In this document: one piece after another, positions 8,791 to 18,301 of the stretch
Layout: each line of letters opens with the position of its first letter
Position numbering within the stretch: the first letter of the stretch is position 1
Assembly: GCA_963845065.1 (NCBI GenBank)
Contig: CAWJQQ010000001.1
Span: forward strand, 1,024,001 to 1,088,000
Source of the DNA: Nitrospirota bacterium
GTDB taxonomy: Bacteria > Nitrospirota > UBA9217
Reading direction: 5' to 3'
Length of the DNA stretch: 64,000 nt
The notes under the pieces: generated by a model
Told to the model about the DNA's origin: nothing
Database searches by the model: none
What the model saw: only the letters and a program-made list of their open reading frames with translations
Translations under genes and position numbers: made by a program

Positions 8791-10390
8791 CCAGACCGCA
8801 GCTCTTATGGAGTATGCGCAAGCCCATGAGTATAGAGTACTGTCCGAATGGATATTCCAGGACGAAGGCTATAGCGGGGCCACGTTGCATCGAGCCGGCC
8901 TTGAACGTGTGCGTGACTTGGCTGCAGAAGGACAAATAGAGGCGCTACTGGTTTATTCGCCAGATCGGCTCAGCCGCAAGTACGCCTACCAAGTGCTTTT
9001 GATGGAGGAGTTTACGCGCCAAGGCGTCGAGGTAATATTTGTAAAATCCCCTCGGGCAGATACTCCCGAAGATCAACTTCTTGTCCAATTTCAAGGCATG
9101 ATCGCAGAATATGAAAGAGCGCAGATTGCAGAACGGAGCAGGCGAGGCAAACGGCACCGGGCAAAGATTGGCTCGGTGAATGTTCTCTCCGGGGCGCCTT
9201 ATGGGTATCGGTATGTTAAGAAGTCTGAGAATTCCGCAGCGTATTACGATATAATCGAGGAGGAAGCAGCCGTAGTACGGGAGGTGTATCGCTGGTATAC
9301 GGAGGAAGCATTGAGCATAGGAGACATTGGTAGACGGCTTGCTGCGCGGAACATTCCAACACGCTTTGGAAAACCTGTATGGGAGCGGTCCACGATTTGG
9401 GCGATGCTTCGTAATCCAGCATATAAGGGAACAGCATGCTTTGGCAAGACGGAACGGGCCGAGCGAAAGAAAATCACACGCCCGCTACGGCAGCGGGGAG
9501 GTTTTTCGCCTCGGAGCAGTGCTAACCGGGAGCGCCCGAAGGAGGAATGGCTTCAGATAGCCGTTCCTCCCCTTGTCAGTGAAGATGTCTTTTCACTGGC
9601 TCAGGAACGTTTAGAAAAGAACAAACAATTTTCACGCCGCCATACTAGTGAGCCGACTTTGTTACAAGGACTTCTGGTTTGCAGTGTGTGCGGTTATGCG
9701 CTGTATCGAACGTCGACACGGACATCCTCGCGAAAACTCTATTATTATCGTTGCCTCGGTTCCGACGAATATCGGCATCTCAAAGGACCTCTCTGTACAA
9801 ATCGTCCTATACGGCAGGACTACCTTGATGAGTTGGTGTGGCAACAGGTTGTGCAGCTATTTGAGAAGCCTGATCTTATTCGCAAGGAAATAGACCGTCG
9901 CATACATGATGCGCGCAATTCCAATCCCACGAAGGTTCGCAAAGAAACACTGGTGAAAGAAAGTAGTCGCGTTCAGAATGGGATCGAGAGATTACTGGAT
10001 GCGTACCAGGAAGGTCTGTTGCAGCTAACGGAATTGCGTACCCGCATTCAGGGGCTGAGAAAAAAGGAGTCATCGGTAAAAGCTGAATTGCAAGCACTGG
10101 ATGCCAGGATGATTGACCAAGAAATGTATTTACAGCTCGTTCATAACGTCGATGACTTTCTAGCCCGTATACGCAAATCTGCAGAAACGCTCAATGTACT
10201 GGAACGACAAAAGGTATTGCGGCTTATTACCAAGGAGATCCTGGTGGGACCTGATACCGTAACAATAAAACATTCCATCCCGACTGCCTCCTCACCATCA
10301 GTGCCGATGACACCCATCCGACCTGCTGGGAATTCGAATCATGCAAGTTATCTATTGTGTGGGAGGGGTAATTTCCCCCATGCTGAGTAA
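8723..10390 (+). CDS. Large serine recombinase (integrase)
   Basis: YARVSS catalytic Ser, DEGYSG, DRLSR, recombinase domain, zinc ribbon CSVCG...YYRC...C, coiled coil. Confidence 0.95.
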   Translation: MKTAAIYARVSSERQKEEQTIGSQTAALMEYAQAHEYRVLSEWIFQDEGYSGATLHRAGLERVRDLAAEGQIEALLVYSPDRLSRKYAYQVLLMEEFTRQGVEVIFVKSPRADTPEDQLLVQFQGMIAEYERAQIAERSRRGKRHRAKIGSVNVLSGAPYGYRYVKKSENSAAYYDIIEEEAAVVREVYRWYTEEALSIGDIGRRLAARNIPTRFGKPVWERSTIWAMLRNPAYKGTACFGKTERAERKKITRPLRQRGGFSPRSSANRERPKEEWLQIAVPPLVSEDVFSLAQERLEKNKQFSRRHTSEPTLLQGLLVCSVCGYALYRTSTRTSSRKLYYYRCLGSDEYRHLKGPLCTNRPIRQDYLDELVWQQVVQLFEKPDLIRKEIDRRIHDARNSNPTKVRKETLVKESSRVQNGIERLLDAYQEGLLQLTELRTRIQGLRKKESSVKAELQALDARMIDQEMYLQLVHNVDDFLARIRKSAETLNVLERQKVLRLITKEILVGPDTVTIKHSIPTASSPSVPMTPIRPAGNSNHASYLLCGRGNFPHAE

Positions 10391-11045
10391 TATTTATCTT
10401 CATGAGGTGCTGGACATGTGGTTTGAGAAGGAAGTAAAACCGCGCCTCCGCGGTAAAGCGTTTCTGATTCGTTACGCAGATGATGCAGTGTTGGGGTTTG
10501 CGTTTGAAGCAGATGCCCGGAGAGTGATGGAAGTTCTTCCGAAGCGGTTTGGCCGATATGGCCTGACGATCCACCCGGAGAAGACCCGCGTGGTGAGGTT
10601 CGTCAAACCGGATAATACGAACTCGGGAGGCCACAGCCAGGACAAGGACAGCACGTTCAACTTTCTAGGATTTACTCACTACTGGGCAAAGACCCGTAAA
10701 GGTACAATGGTAATCAAGCGAAGTACCGAGAAGAACCGGTTCGCGCGAGCGCTCCTGAAGATCAAGGAGTGGTGCAGGATCAATCGGCATAACCCCCTGA
10801 AGGAGCAGCATAAGACGCTGAACCAGAAACTTCGAGGCCACTACGCCTATTACGGGATCACAGGCAACAGCAAGATGGTGGGGAGCTTCTACCACAGGGT
10901 GAGGCGGCTGTGGCGCAAATGGCTACAGCGAAGGTCGTGCGATGGCAGTATCCCGTGGGAGAACTTCGAACTGATTGAGAAAGTCTATCCACTGGCACCA
11001 GCGAGAATCGTTCACTCCGCATACTTACGCAAAGCTACAGCATGA
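10374..11045 (+). pseudogene. ltrA: Group II intron RT/maturase, C-terminal part
   Basis: SPMLSNIYL, RYADD, FLGF, maturase X domain (LRGHYAYY); no endonuclease domain. Confidence 0.9.
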
Positions 11046-11454
11046 AGAACCGAATGCGTGAATTACGCACGTTCGGGTCTGTGGGGGGCTGGGGTAGGTG
11101 ACTGCCCTGGCCTACCTGGCTATTCTACACTGCCGTTGACAAATTGCTAACTGCAGACTAGTAGGTGAACACGCGATAAGCATCCTTTTAAGATAACGTG
11201 AAGTATTGCAGTTGAAGCATGCAGTGCGGGCTACTTTCAGAAGTTGTTATTCAATTCCTCTTAGCATGCCACTGTTTATCTCGCATTCATCAATGTTTAA
11301 CCACAAAATTCATCTGACAGGTTACCATCCTACCCCGTTAAGCCAATATAGAAGCGGGTATCCTATTTTTCATTGCAATTTATCTTCTTGTTATCTTTAT
11401 GCTGCCAGTGCTATAATATAGCCAGAATTCAGGCTAATCATCTTGGGAGGTCCA

Positions 11455-11724
11455 ATGAAGGTATTGCCCCTATCAGAAGTAAAGAACAACCTGAGCAAGA
11501 TTGTTGAGCAGCTGAGCACCACGCGTGAAGAGATAACGGTTACGAGAAACGGTCACGCAGCTGCCATCATCATGAGTCCTGAGGAATATGAGGGATGGAA
11601 GGAAACGATGAGCATTCTCTCAGATAGAGAATTCACGAAGGGAATTCATCGCGGCATAAAGGACATAAAGAAAAAAGGGAAAGTGTATCATGTGACCGCG
11701 GACATTACTGGAATGAAAGGATAA
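11455..11724 (+). CDS. Phd/YefM family antitoxin
   Basis: SEVKNNLSKIVEQ...ITVTRNG...ETMSILS; near-palindromic operator TAGCCAGAATTCAGGCTA at 11419-11436. Confidence 0.9.
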   Translation: MKVLPLSEVKNNLSKIVEQLSTTREEITVTRNGHAAAIIMSPEEYEGWKETMSILSDREFTKGIHRGIKDIKKKGKVYHVTADITGMKG

Positions 11725-11730
11725 ACTTCA

Positions 11731-12033
11731 GTGATGAGCACCCGCCGTCCGATCCGCACCACAGATGACATATCAGCATATATCCAATCCCTCCATCCTG
11801 CATTAAAGAAGCGAATTCATAATGCACTTGATCAGATACGGATGATGCCGGGAGAGGGGAAACCGCTTCAACGGGAGTTAGGAGGATATCGAAGCTTCAA
11901 GGTCGGCAAATTTAGGATAATTTATCGTGTAACGGCGAAGGAAATAGAAGTCGTCGCTATCGGCCCACGCCGTACGATATATGATGAGACAACCAGACTT
12001 ATGGATAAACAATCTGGTGATATGCCAGATTAG
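11731..12033 (+). CDS. RelE/ParE family toxin
   Basis: GKPLQRELGGYRSFKVGKFRIIYRV...IGPRRTIY; directly after the antitoxin. Confidence 0.9.
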   Translation: MMSTRRPIRTTDDISAYIQSLHPALKKRIHNALDQIRMMPGEGKPLQRELGGYRSFKVGKFRIIYRVTAKEIEVVAIGPRRTIYDETTRLMDKQSGDMPD

Positions 12034-12117
12034 TGGTGTTTGGTAATCAGGTATGTTGTGCGCTGAAGACCGGATGGAAGCAACTTTTTTTATCCATAAG
12101 AACCCAAAAGCCTCTAG

Positions 12118-14068
12118 CCCATCTTCTACACCTGCCAAAAAATAACTTCGCTAAAACAACATGATAAGGGCATCGAAAAGTAGCGTGGCACCACACCCTG
12201 CCATATTATTCCAACTCGATTATGATGACGAGATTTCAGCACCATTTACCTTTTGTGGTATCACGACCTTTGGCGGAATCGCCACTCCTGCAGCCTGAAA
12301 CACCTTTCCCGTATCGCCTTTTAATTCGGTCCTTAAAATAACTTCCTTGCCGTCGCTTGTAATCGTGATCTGCTTCAGTTCCTCTAGGTCCCGGAGCATT
12401 TCGCCCCACTCAAGCTTCTGCTCATTGCGGCTATCCAATCGCTCCTGTAATTCCTTCATAAGGACAAGCGCAAGAAAACTACAGAAGACATGGCCCCGAA
12501 TCGTCTCGTCGCATTTATGATAAATCGGGCGCGTCGTCAGCACCGTTTTGGTGCTCCTGAAGATCTGCTCCACCATCCACAACTCTTTGTACGCGAGCGC
12601 AACCTCGCGCGCAGGCATGGGCATTGATGTCGTGAGGACCCACTTACCGTCATACCGTGCTTCCTGTTGAACTTTTTCTTCATCGATGACAAAGGCACTG
12701 CTGAAGCTCTTCACATATTTACGATACCCTTTGTTGCCAACCAGGCTCTTGCCTCCCTGCTTCAGTTTCTCCCGAAGAGATGCGATGATGGCTTCTCTAT
12801 CGGCGGCATCTTTCTTCCGCTGGTCTTCGTTAACGCACACGATATAGCGGCGTTCGCCTACCATGACGTTCTTCACTTTGAGCGGGGATGGGGCTTTACT
12901 CTCCTTGCTTTTAGGATAGACCTCTTCGTATTTCCCTCCGCGGCTCAAAACCTCTTCACTCACTTCCTTCTGCCGCCGCATCCTCGCTCCCAGAATGTAA
13001 TCGATCTTTCGCTCATGCAAGTCGGACAGGGTCTTTTCGCTGATCATTCCCCGGTCTGCCACTATGCACGCCTGATTGATGCCGAAGCGGAGCCTCAGCC
13101 GGTCTATGATCGGCACGAGCGTCTTGACATCGGTTGTGTTTCCGGGCCACAACTCGCAACAAAGAGGTTTCCCGTGATGATCGATGATTGCGCCGACCAC
13201 CATCTGCTTGAGATCGGGCCGGTGGTCCTTGGAATGACCGTATGCGCCTATATCCTCGCCGCCCTCTCCTTCAAAGTAAATGCTCGTGGTGTCGAAAAAG
13301 ACCAGCCGTAGATCGGCGAATAAATCTCGCCTGCGTCGGAATAGCTCTTCTTCGATCACATCCTTGGTGCAACGGGGAGAAAATCCGGTGGCCCCTTCCT
13401 GATCAGCATTGGAAAGGGGTTCGCCGAGCCATGCCATGGCCCGGTATAAATGGTGCAAATCGATTCCAGCGGTTCCTTCTATCCGGTAGCCAAGGCACCA
13501 TTGTTCAGCGGCACGATCTGAACCCGATACGCTCAAACGGTGCAGCACCGTAAGATAAATCGCCCGCTCGATGGAAAATTGATGTTTGCGCTCCCTGGCT
13601 GATGCCTCAAGCACTTTCTGTATTCCCAGCTCTTTCCATAACCGGCCGAATATCATCGGCAGGCCGATGCGCCTGGAATCCGTTTCAATCGCTTCTCCCT
13701 GTTTATGTGCGTCGATGACCGCGATCTGGTCGGAAAACTTGAGCCCAGACCGCAGCAAGCTATCAAATGCTCCTGTTTCCTTGAGCGCATCGAGCCGTCC
13801 AAGCGTGGCGATGACTTCCTGCTTCACCTTGCCTTGGTCGCGGCGGTTATGAACGATCTGAAGGTATTCTCGTGATTCGGAGCGTTTTACCCTGAAGAAC
13901 ATAGCACCACAAATATATCATAATAATTATTAATTGCAAGTTATTTTTATATTAACGTGGCACTACATTTTGACCTGTTTTCCAAAAACGTTTTTTGTAA
14001 CCCTGTGAAATTAAACAACTCCACTCGCGCAAACAGTCCTTTTCTCGGCGGCAACTGTAGAAGATGGG
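12118..14068 (-). mobile_element. IS1634 family insertion sequence
   Basis: IR CCCATCTTCTACA / TGTAGAAGATGGG; 5-bp target duplication TCTAG. Confidence 0.9.
12220..13902 (-). CDS. IS1634 family DDE transposase
   Basis: FFDTTSIYFEG, GHSKDHRPDLKQ, VADRG, YKELWMVEQIFR. Confidence 0.93.
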   Translation of the reverse strand: MFFRVKRSESREYLQIVHNRRDQGKVKQEVIATLGRLDALKETGAFDSLLRSGLKFSDQIAVIDAHKQGEAIETDSRRIGLPMIFGRLWKELGIQKVLEASARERKHQFSIERAIYLTVLHRLSVSGSDRAAEQWCLGYRIEGTAGIDLHHLYRAMAWLGEPLSNADQEGATGFSPRCTKDVIEEELFRRRRDLFADLRLVFFDTTSIYFEGEGGEDIGAYGHSKDHRPDLKQMVVGAIIDHHGKPLCCELWPGNTTDVKTLVPIIDRLRLRFGINQACIVADRGMISEKTLSDLHERKIDYILGARMRRQKEVSEEVLSRGGKYEEVYPKSKESKAPSPLKVKNVMVGERRYIVCVNEDQRKKDAADREAIIASLREKLKQGGKSLVGNKGYRKYVKSFSSAFVIDEEKVQQEARYDGKWVLTTSMPMPAREVALAYKELWMVEQIFRSTKTVLTTRPIYHKCDETIRGHVFCSFLALVLMKELQERLDSRNEQKLEWGEMLRDLEELKQITITSDGKEVILRTELKGDTGKVFQAAGVAIPPKVVIPQKVNGAEISSS

Positions 14069-14183
14069 TCTAGATGGAATCTTCTGCCATTTTTCTGCCA
14101 TCATTATGACAAATAACGGCATATTCCACCAGTTCCCCTGAGATTTAAGCATGAGAAATCAATCATTTGGCTAGGGGGAACCT

Positions 14184-14235
14184 GTTTCCTAAACCGCGTG
14201 CCGCGTGTTCGAATCACGCCAGGGGCACCAATAAA
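14184..14235 (+). repeat. attR: duplicated 3' half of tRNA-Arg(CCT)
   Basis: Identical to 2320-2371. Confidence 0.92.
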
Positions 14236-14374
14236 TCAAAGAGTTAGGGCTGATACAAGACCGTATTGGTCTTTTTGTTTTCAAATTTACTATTCTTTTG
14301 CTACTCTTTTAATTCACAAATGTGATAAATATTGATAGAAATCCCTTATTTATTGCTATGGAGCGACGGTTGTG

Positions 14375-14409
14375 TAAACCGCGTGCCTTGTGTTCGAGTC
14401 ACCTCAGGA
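14375..14409 (+). repeat. Third, degenerate tRNA-Arg 3' fragment
   Basis: TAAACCGCGTGCCTTGTGTTCGAGTCAC vs TAAACCGCGTGCCGCGTGTTCGAATCAC. Confidence 0.7.
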
Positions 14410-14620
14410 ATAAATCGGTGAAGCCGAGTTTCATATAATAATAGCGAGAGTGCAGAAAACAATTTGTATCGTTGCATTTTGTGATAAAGTTTATGTCGAC
14501 GACTCCATCCGAAGCTGTTGAATAGCGATGCTTTGCAATATTCAATGTTTCATTCAGTGATTCGTAATCGTCTCAACTACCAGTCGGCTAACATTTTTCT
14601 AACATACTTCCAAAGCCTAG

Positions 14621-16179
14621 GAGTCTGTCGGACTTAACGATCTAATCCGAAGACTATTTGTTCAAAGTTCTGTGATCATCAGCATTTTGATCGGTTCTCA
14701 TCGATCAAAGTAGCTTGTAGTCTGTTCTTTCTTATCACTATTAACTCAAGGCATGCAGCCTTTTCAGGTTCCAGGCGATGCAGACCAAGTCCCATTCGCC
14801 TTGTGCCGACTCAAAGCCTCGCAGCAGGAACTGCCGGAACCCCATGACTGCCTTGATAATGCCGAAGACTGGTTCCACCGTACTTTTGCGTTTGGCGTAA
14901 AGTTTTTTCCCAGCCAGTGTCCGAAGCCGGTGCTTCATCCTCTTAACCGCATCAGCACCGTCAGGCAGCGGCAACGGCTCACGGAATCGATTCATGAGCG
15001 GCTGGTTGTGCTGATCCCGACCAAAGGCAATGTACGGCGTGATCTTGTTTTTCTCGCAAGCACCAACGTTGGTTTCGCTGTAGAAGCCGTTGTCGCTAAT
15101 AAGCGAATCTACCGTACCAAGCGCGTGAGGTAGTGCCACAAGGTTGGCGACTGCTGGTTCCAGCTCACGCTTGTCGTTTGTTTGCTGACTCACGTGGCTG
15201 GTCACGATCATCATTGTATCGGTATCAACGCCAGCCTGAGCATTGTAAGCCTGCTCAAAGCCTCCACCGGATTTTTTCATGATCCGGGATTCGCCATCCG
15301 TCAGGTTGACCTGGTCTCGGCCCTTGACGCCGGGGGTCGGCGGCTGCGGTTTAGGACCGCGCGGCTTTTTGCCGGACCGCTGTTCTTTTTCGGCGCGCTC
15401 GGCCAGATTTTTATCATAGGCTTCTTTTTCCTGGGCGTAACGTTCGGCGGCTCGCCGCTCAATCTCGGCCTTGGCGTCGGCTATCGCCTTGAGCCGCTCG
15501 GTCCGCCGGGACAGTTCTTCCGGGATGTTCATTCCATCCGGTAGATCGGCTTGGTCGGCAGCTTCCGCCTGCCGAAGAAGTTCAGCCACTTCCGCCTTGA
15601 GCTGCTCTTCCAGCTTGCAGGCGTGAGCGTAACTCAAGGCCTTATGCTTGGAGGCATTTGCCTTGACCTTTGTCCCATCCAGACTCACGGTGCCCAGTTT
15701 TAAGATCCCTGTCTGTTGGGCGATGAGCAGGATCTGGACGAACAACGGCTTTAGCTGCGGCAAAAACCTCTTCCGAAACGCAGCGATCGTGTCATGATCC
15801 GGATGGGCATTGGCCGCGATAAACCGAAACGCTACTGAATCATAGGTACTCCGCTCCAGTTTGCGGCTGGAGAACACCCCTGTAGCATATCCGTAGAACA
15901 GGAGCGCCAAAAGCATCTCCGGATTATAGGGCTGTGATCCACGACCGGCATACGCGGCTTTCAAAGAACTAAGGTCAAGCTGGTCGACGATCTCGACAAC
16001 GAACCGTGCGAGATGGTCTTCGGGCAGCCAGTCTTGAAGCGATGGTGGCAATAAGTAGAGTGTTGACTGATCATAGTCGATAAACTTTACGCTCATCTTT
16101 GTTCAACCTCGCATATGCGTAATTGAAAAGCTAATCGACTATAGCATATTTTATTTCGTCGGGAAAGTCCGACAGACTC
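14621..16179 (-). mobile_element. IS1182 family element, copy 1
   Basis: IR GAGTCTGTCGGACTT / AAGTCCGACAGACTC, flanked by CTAG on both sides. Confidence 0.92.
14741..16096 (-). CDS. IS1182 family transposase
   Basis: DUF772-like N-terminus (YGYATGVFSSRKLE), DGTKVKANAS, YNAQ, RKSTVEPVFG. Confidence 0.93.
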   Translation of the reverse strand: MSVKFIDYDQSTLYLLPPSLQDWLPEDHLARFVVEIVDQLDLSSLKAAYAGRGSQPYNPEMLLALLFYGYATGVFSSRKLERSTYDSVAFRFIAANAHPDHDTIAAFRKRFLPQLKPLFVQILLIAQQTGILKLGTVSLDGTKVKANASKHKALSYAHACKLEEQLKAEVAELLRQAEAADQADLPDGMNIPEELSRRTERLKAIADAKAEIERRAAERYAQEKEAYDKNLAERAEKEQRSGKKPRGPKPQPPTPGVKGRDQVNLTDGESRIMKKSGGGFEQAYNAQAGVDTDTMMIVTSHVSQQTNDKRELEPAVANLVALPHALGTVDSLISDNGFYSETNVGACEKNKITPYIAFGRDQHNQPLMNRFREPLPLPDGADAVKRMKHRLRTLAGKKLYAKRKSTVEPVFGIIKAVMGFRQFLLRGFESAQGEWDLVCIAWNLKRLHALS

Positions 16180-16365
16180 CTAGGATGGGTATTTCGCATT
16201 CGAAGTAGGTTCTTTCCATTTCCATTTTCACATTAGGCAAATGTAACACAATGTAACACATTGAAAAGCTACAAATTATGGAAATTGACGACGCATCATT
16301 TCTGTGGTTAACTTTAACTATTCTTTGTAAAAAAAGAAAATTCCTATCAGTTAGAGGAGGCCACG

Positions 16366-17958
16366 ATGAGTGCGAGCGGAAGATATGGCGGAAGTACGAC
16401 GAGGTTTGCCATCGGATTCGCATTCGTGTTGGTGGCGTCGTTCGCGGTCATGACTTGCGGGAAATCGAGCAACAGCATCAATGATTCCACGATCCTGACT
16501 GAAAATGGGCCTCTCGAGGGAATCGTCGCCGCGCAAATGAACCAGTATCTCGGCATTCCTTACGCGGCGCCGCCGGTGGGGGCATTGCGCTGGATGCCGC
16601 CACAGGCCTTCGGGCAATGGCAGGGAGTTTTTCAGGCGACTCAGTTCGGCAACGAGTGTCCACAGGCAGGCGGGGGCGACGAAAATTGTCTGTTTATGAA
16701 CATCTACACACCTGATTTGGAGACCAAGCACGCGGTGATGGTCTGGATTCATGGCGGCGGGCTGACCAGCGGTGCTGGCAGTGACTTCGACCCCACGCCA
16801 TTGGTGGAAGGAGGCGGCGTGGTCGTTGTCACCATCAATTATCGCCTCGGGATGCTGGGCTTTTTTGCCCATCCGGCGCTCGACGCGGAAGGCCATCTTG
16901 CCGGCAATTACGGCTTCATGGATCAGCAATTTGCGCTCGGGTGGGTGCAAAGAAATATCGCAGCTTTTGGCGGTGACCCGGACCGCGTGACCATCTTCGG
17001 CGAATCCGCCGGCGGGCTCAGTGTTTACAGTCAACTCGCCTCACCACTGGCGGCCGGCTTGTTTCACCAGGCGATTGCTCAGAGCGGAGCCTATGCGGGT
17101 TTCTCGCCGAACTATCGCGTCCAGATTCTTCCCATCGCGGTAGCCGCGACGACGGGTAACCCACCCTTGGTGACGTCGGGCACCGCTTTGGCTGATGCGG
17201 TCGGATGTACAAGCCAGACCGCCGTATGCTTGCGCGGGGTGAGCGCCGCGACGTTGGTTGCTTCACAAGGGGCGACTTTTCCGACCATCGACGGAGCGCT
17301 GCTGACAGAGACGCCGGGGGCGGCCTTCGACAGCGGCAACTTCAACCGGGTGCCGGTGATCACCGGCACCAACCATGACGAATACCGGTATTTCGTAGCG
17401 AACGACTTCATCCTGCCGTTGGCTAACGCGCAATATACGAGCGCGTCAAATACGGTGTTCGGGCCGTCTCTGGCACCGACTGTAGAAGTAGGGTATCCTC
17501 TGGGCGCCAGTCCGCCGGTCAACGGTGCCGAACTCCAACTGGCCGCCGCAGGGACGGACGGCATCTTCGCGTGCACCGCGCGCCGCGCCACGATGGGGCT
17601 GGCGCAATACGTGACGGTCTACGCCTATGAGTTCAACGACGAGAATGCGCCGGGGCCACACTTCCCCGGGCTGAACTTTTCGCTAGGCGCCTACCACGGC
17701 GCCGACGTGGAATACCTCTTCAACCGCGATGGGATACCGGCTCCATTGACGCCCGACCAGCAGCAACTCTCGCAGGCGATGATCAGCTACTGGACGCAGT
17801 TCGCCAATACGGGCGATCCCAATTCCTCGGGTCAACCCCAATGGGCGTCGTATGTCCCTGCGAGCGACGAACGCCAATCTTTCGTGCCGCCCACTCCTGG
17901 GGTCGAGTCCAACTTCGACACGGTTCATATGTGTACGTCGTTCTGGGACGGCCTCTGA
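16366..17958 (+). CDS. Carboxylesterase type B, probably exported or lipoprotein
   Basis: YLGIPYAAPP, WIHGGG, FGESAGG nucleophile motif; N-terminal signal with Cys. Confidence 0.92.
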   Translation: MSASGRYGGSTTRFAIGFAFVLVASFAVMTCGKSSNSINDSTILTENGPLEGIVAAQMNQYLGIPYAAPPVGALRWMPPQAFGQWQGVFQATQFGNECPQAGGGDENCLFMNIYTPDLETKHAVMVWIHGGGLTSGAGSDFDPTPLVEGGGVVVVTINYRLGMLGFFAHPALDAEGHLAGNYGFMDQQFALGWVQRNIAAFGGDPDRVTIFGESAGGLSVYSQLASPLAAGLFHQAIAQSGAYAGFSPNYRVQILPIAVAATTGNPPLVTSGTALADAVGCTSQTAVCLRGVSAATLVASQGATFPTIDGALLTETPGAAFDSGNFNRVPVITGTNHDEYRYFVANDFILPLANAQYTSASNTVFGPSLAPTVEVGYPLGASPPVNGAELQLAAAGTDGIFACTARRATMGLAQYVTVYAYEFNDENAPGPHFPGLNFSLGAYHGADVEYLFNRDGIPAPLTPDQQQLSQAMISYWTQFANTGDPNSSGQPQWASYVPASDERQSFVPPTPGVESNFDTVHMCTSFWDGL

Positions 17959-18301
17959 GCGGCCAGGGCCCCATTGCACAAGTTGCGCTTCTCACCTCGT
18001 CGTTCATATGCCCTTTATATCATTATCACTTTTCACGTAGTATTTTGCATTGAATTTTAGTCAATGCCGTTACAGACTAGTAGGTGTTTCTCGCATAGAT
18101 CCTAATTTGATTGAGGTGAACAATAGCGGTTGAAAATTGTGGTGTGCTGTTCTTCCTGTATTAAACGTGTTTCCATGCTTTGCAATAGTGCAATTTACAT
18201 CTTGAAATTGGTAAGCTAAATTTGTATATCTTGCTTTACATCCGAACGGTTTTTTGCCAATCGGGTGATGATAACTTGATGGTTGAAATCGGAGATCCAA
18301 T

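Larger units (their letters stand above)
8116..10373 (+). mobile_element. Large serine recombinase integrative element (2255 bp between cores) inserted in the intron RT gene
   Basis: ATT core at 8116-8118 and 10371-10373; removal restores [17 protein letters not shown]; ends join into a palindromic attP. Confidence 0.9.
6836..11120 (+). mobile_element. Group II intron 1, interrupted by an LSR element; 5' end approximate
   Basis: Ribozyme-like leader, RT ORF pieces, domain V GAACCGAATGCG...CGCACGTTCGGGTC and domain VI at ~11047-11120. Confidence 0.88.
2320..14235. mobile_element. Decayed genomic island integrated in tRNA-Arg (attL 2320-2371, attR 14184-14235); no integrase remains
   Basis: 52-bp direct repeat GTTTCCTAAACCGCG...GGGGCACCAATAAA at both ends; inverted TGGCAGAA doublets near each end. 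Confidence 0.85.

Noticed and set aside
10341..11045. Independent 234-aa RT gene starting inside the LSR element
   Set aside because: It is the distal half of the split RT; no clear RBS at this ATG, though restart cannot be excluded.
14184..14235. Additional tRNA-Arg gene
   Set aside because: Only the 3' half is present; it is an att duplication.
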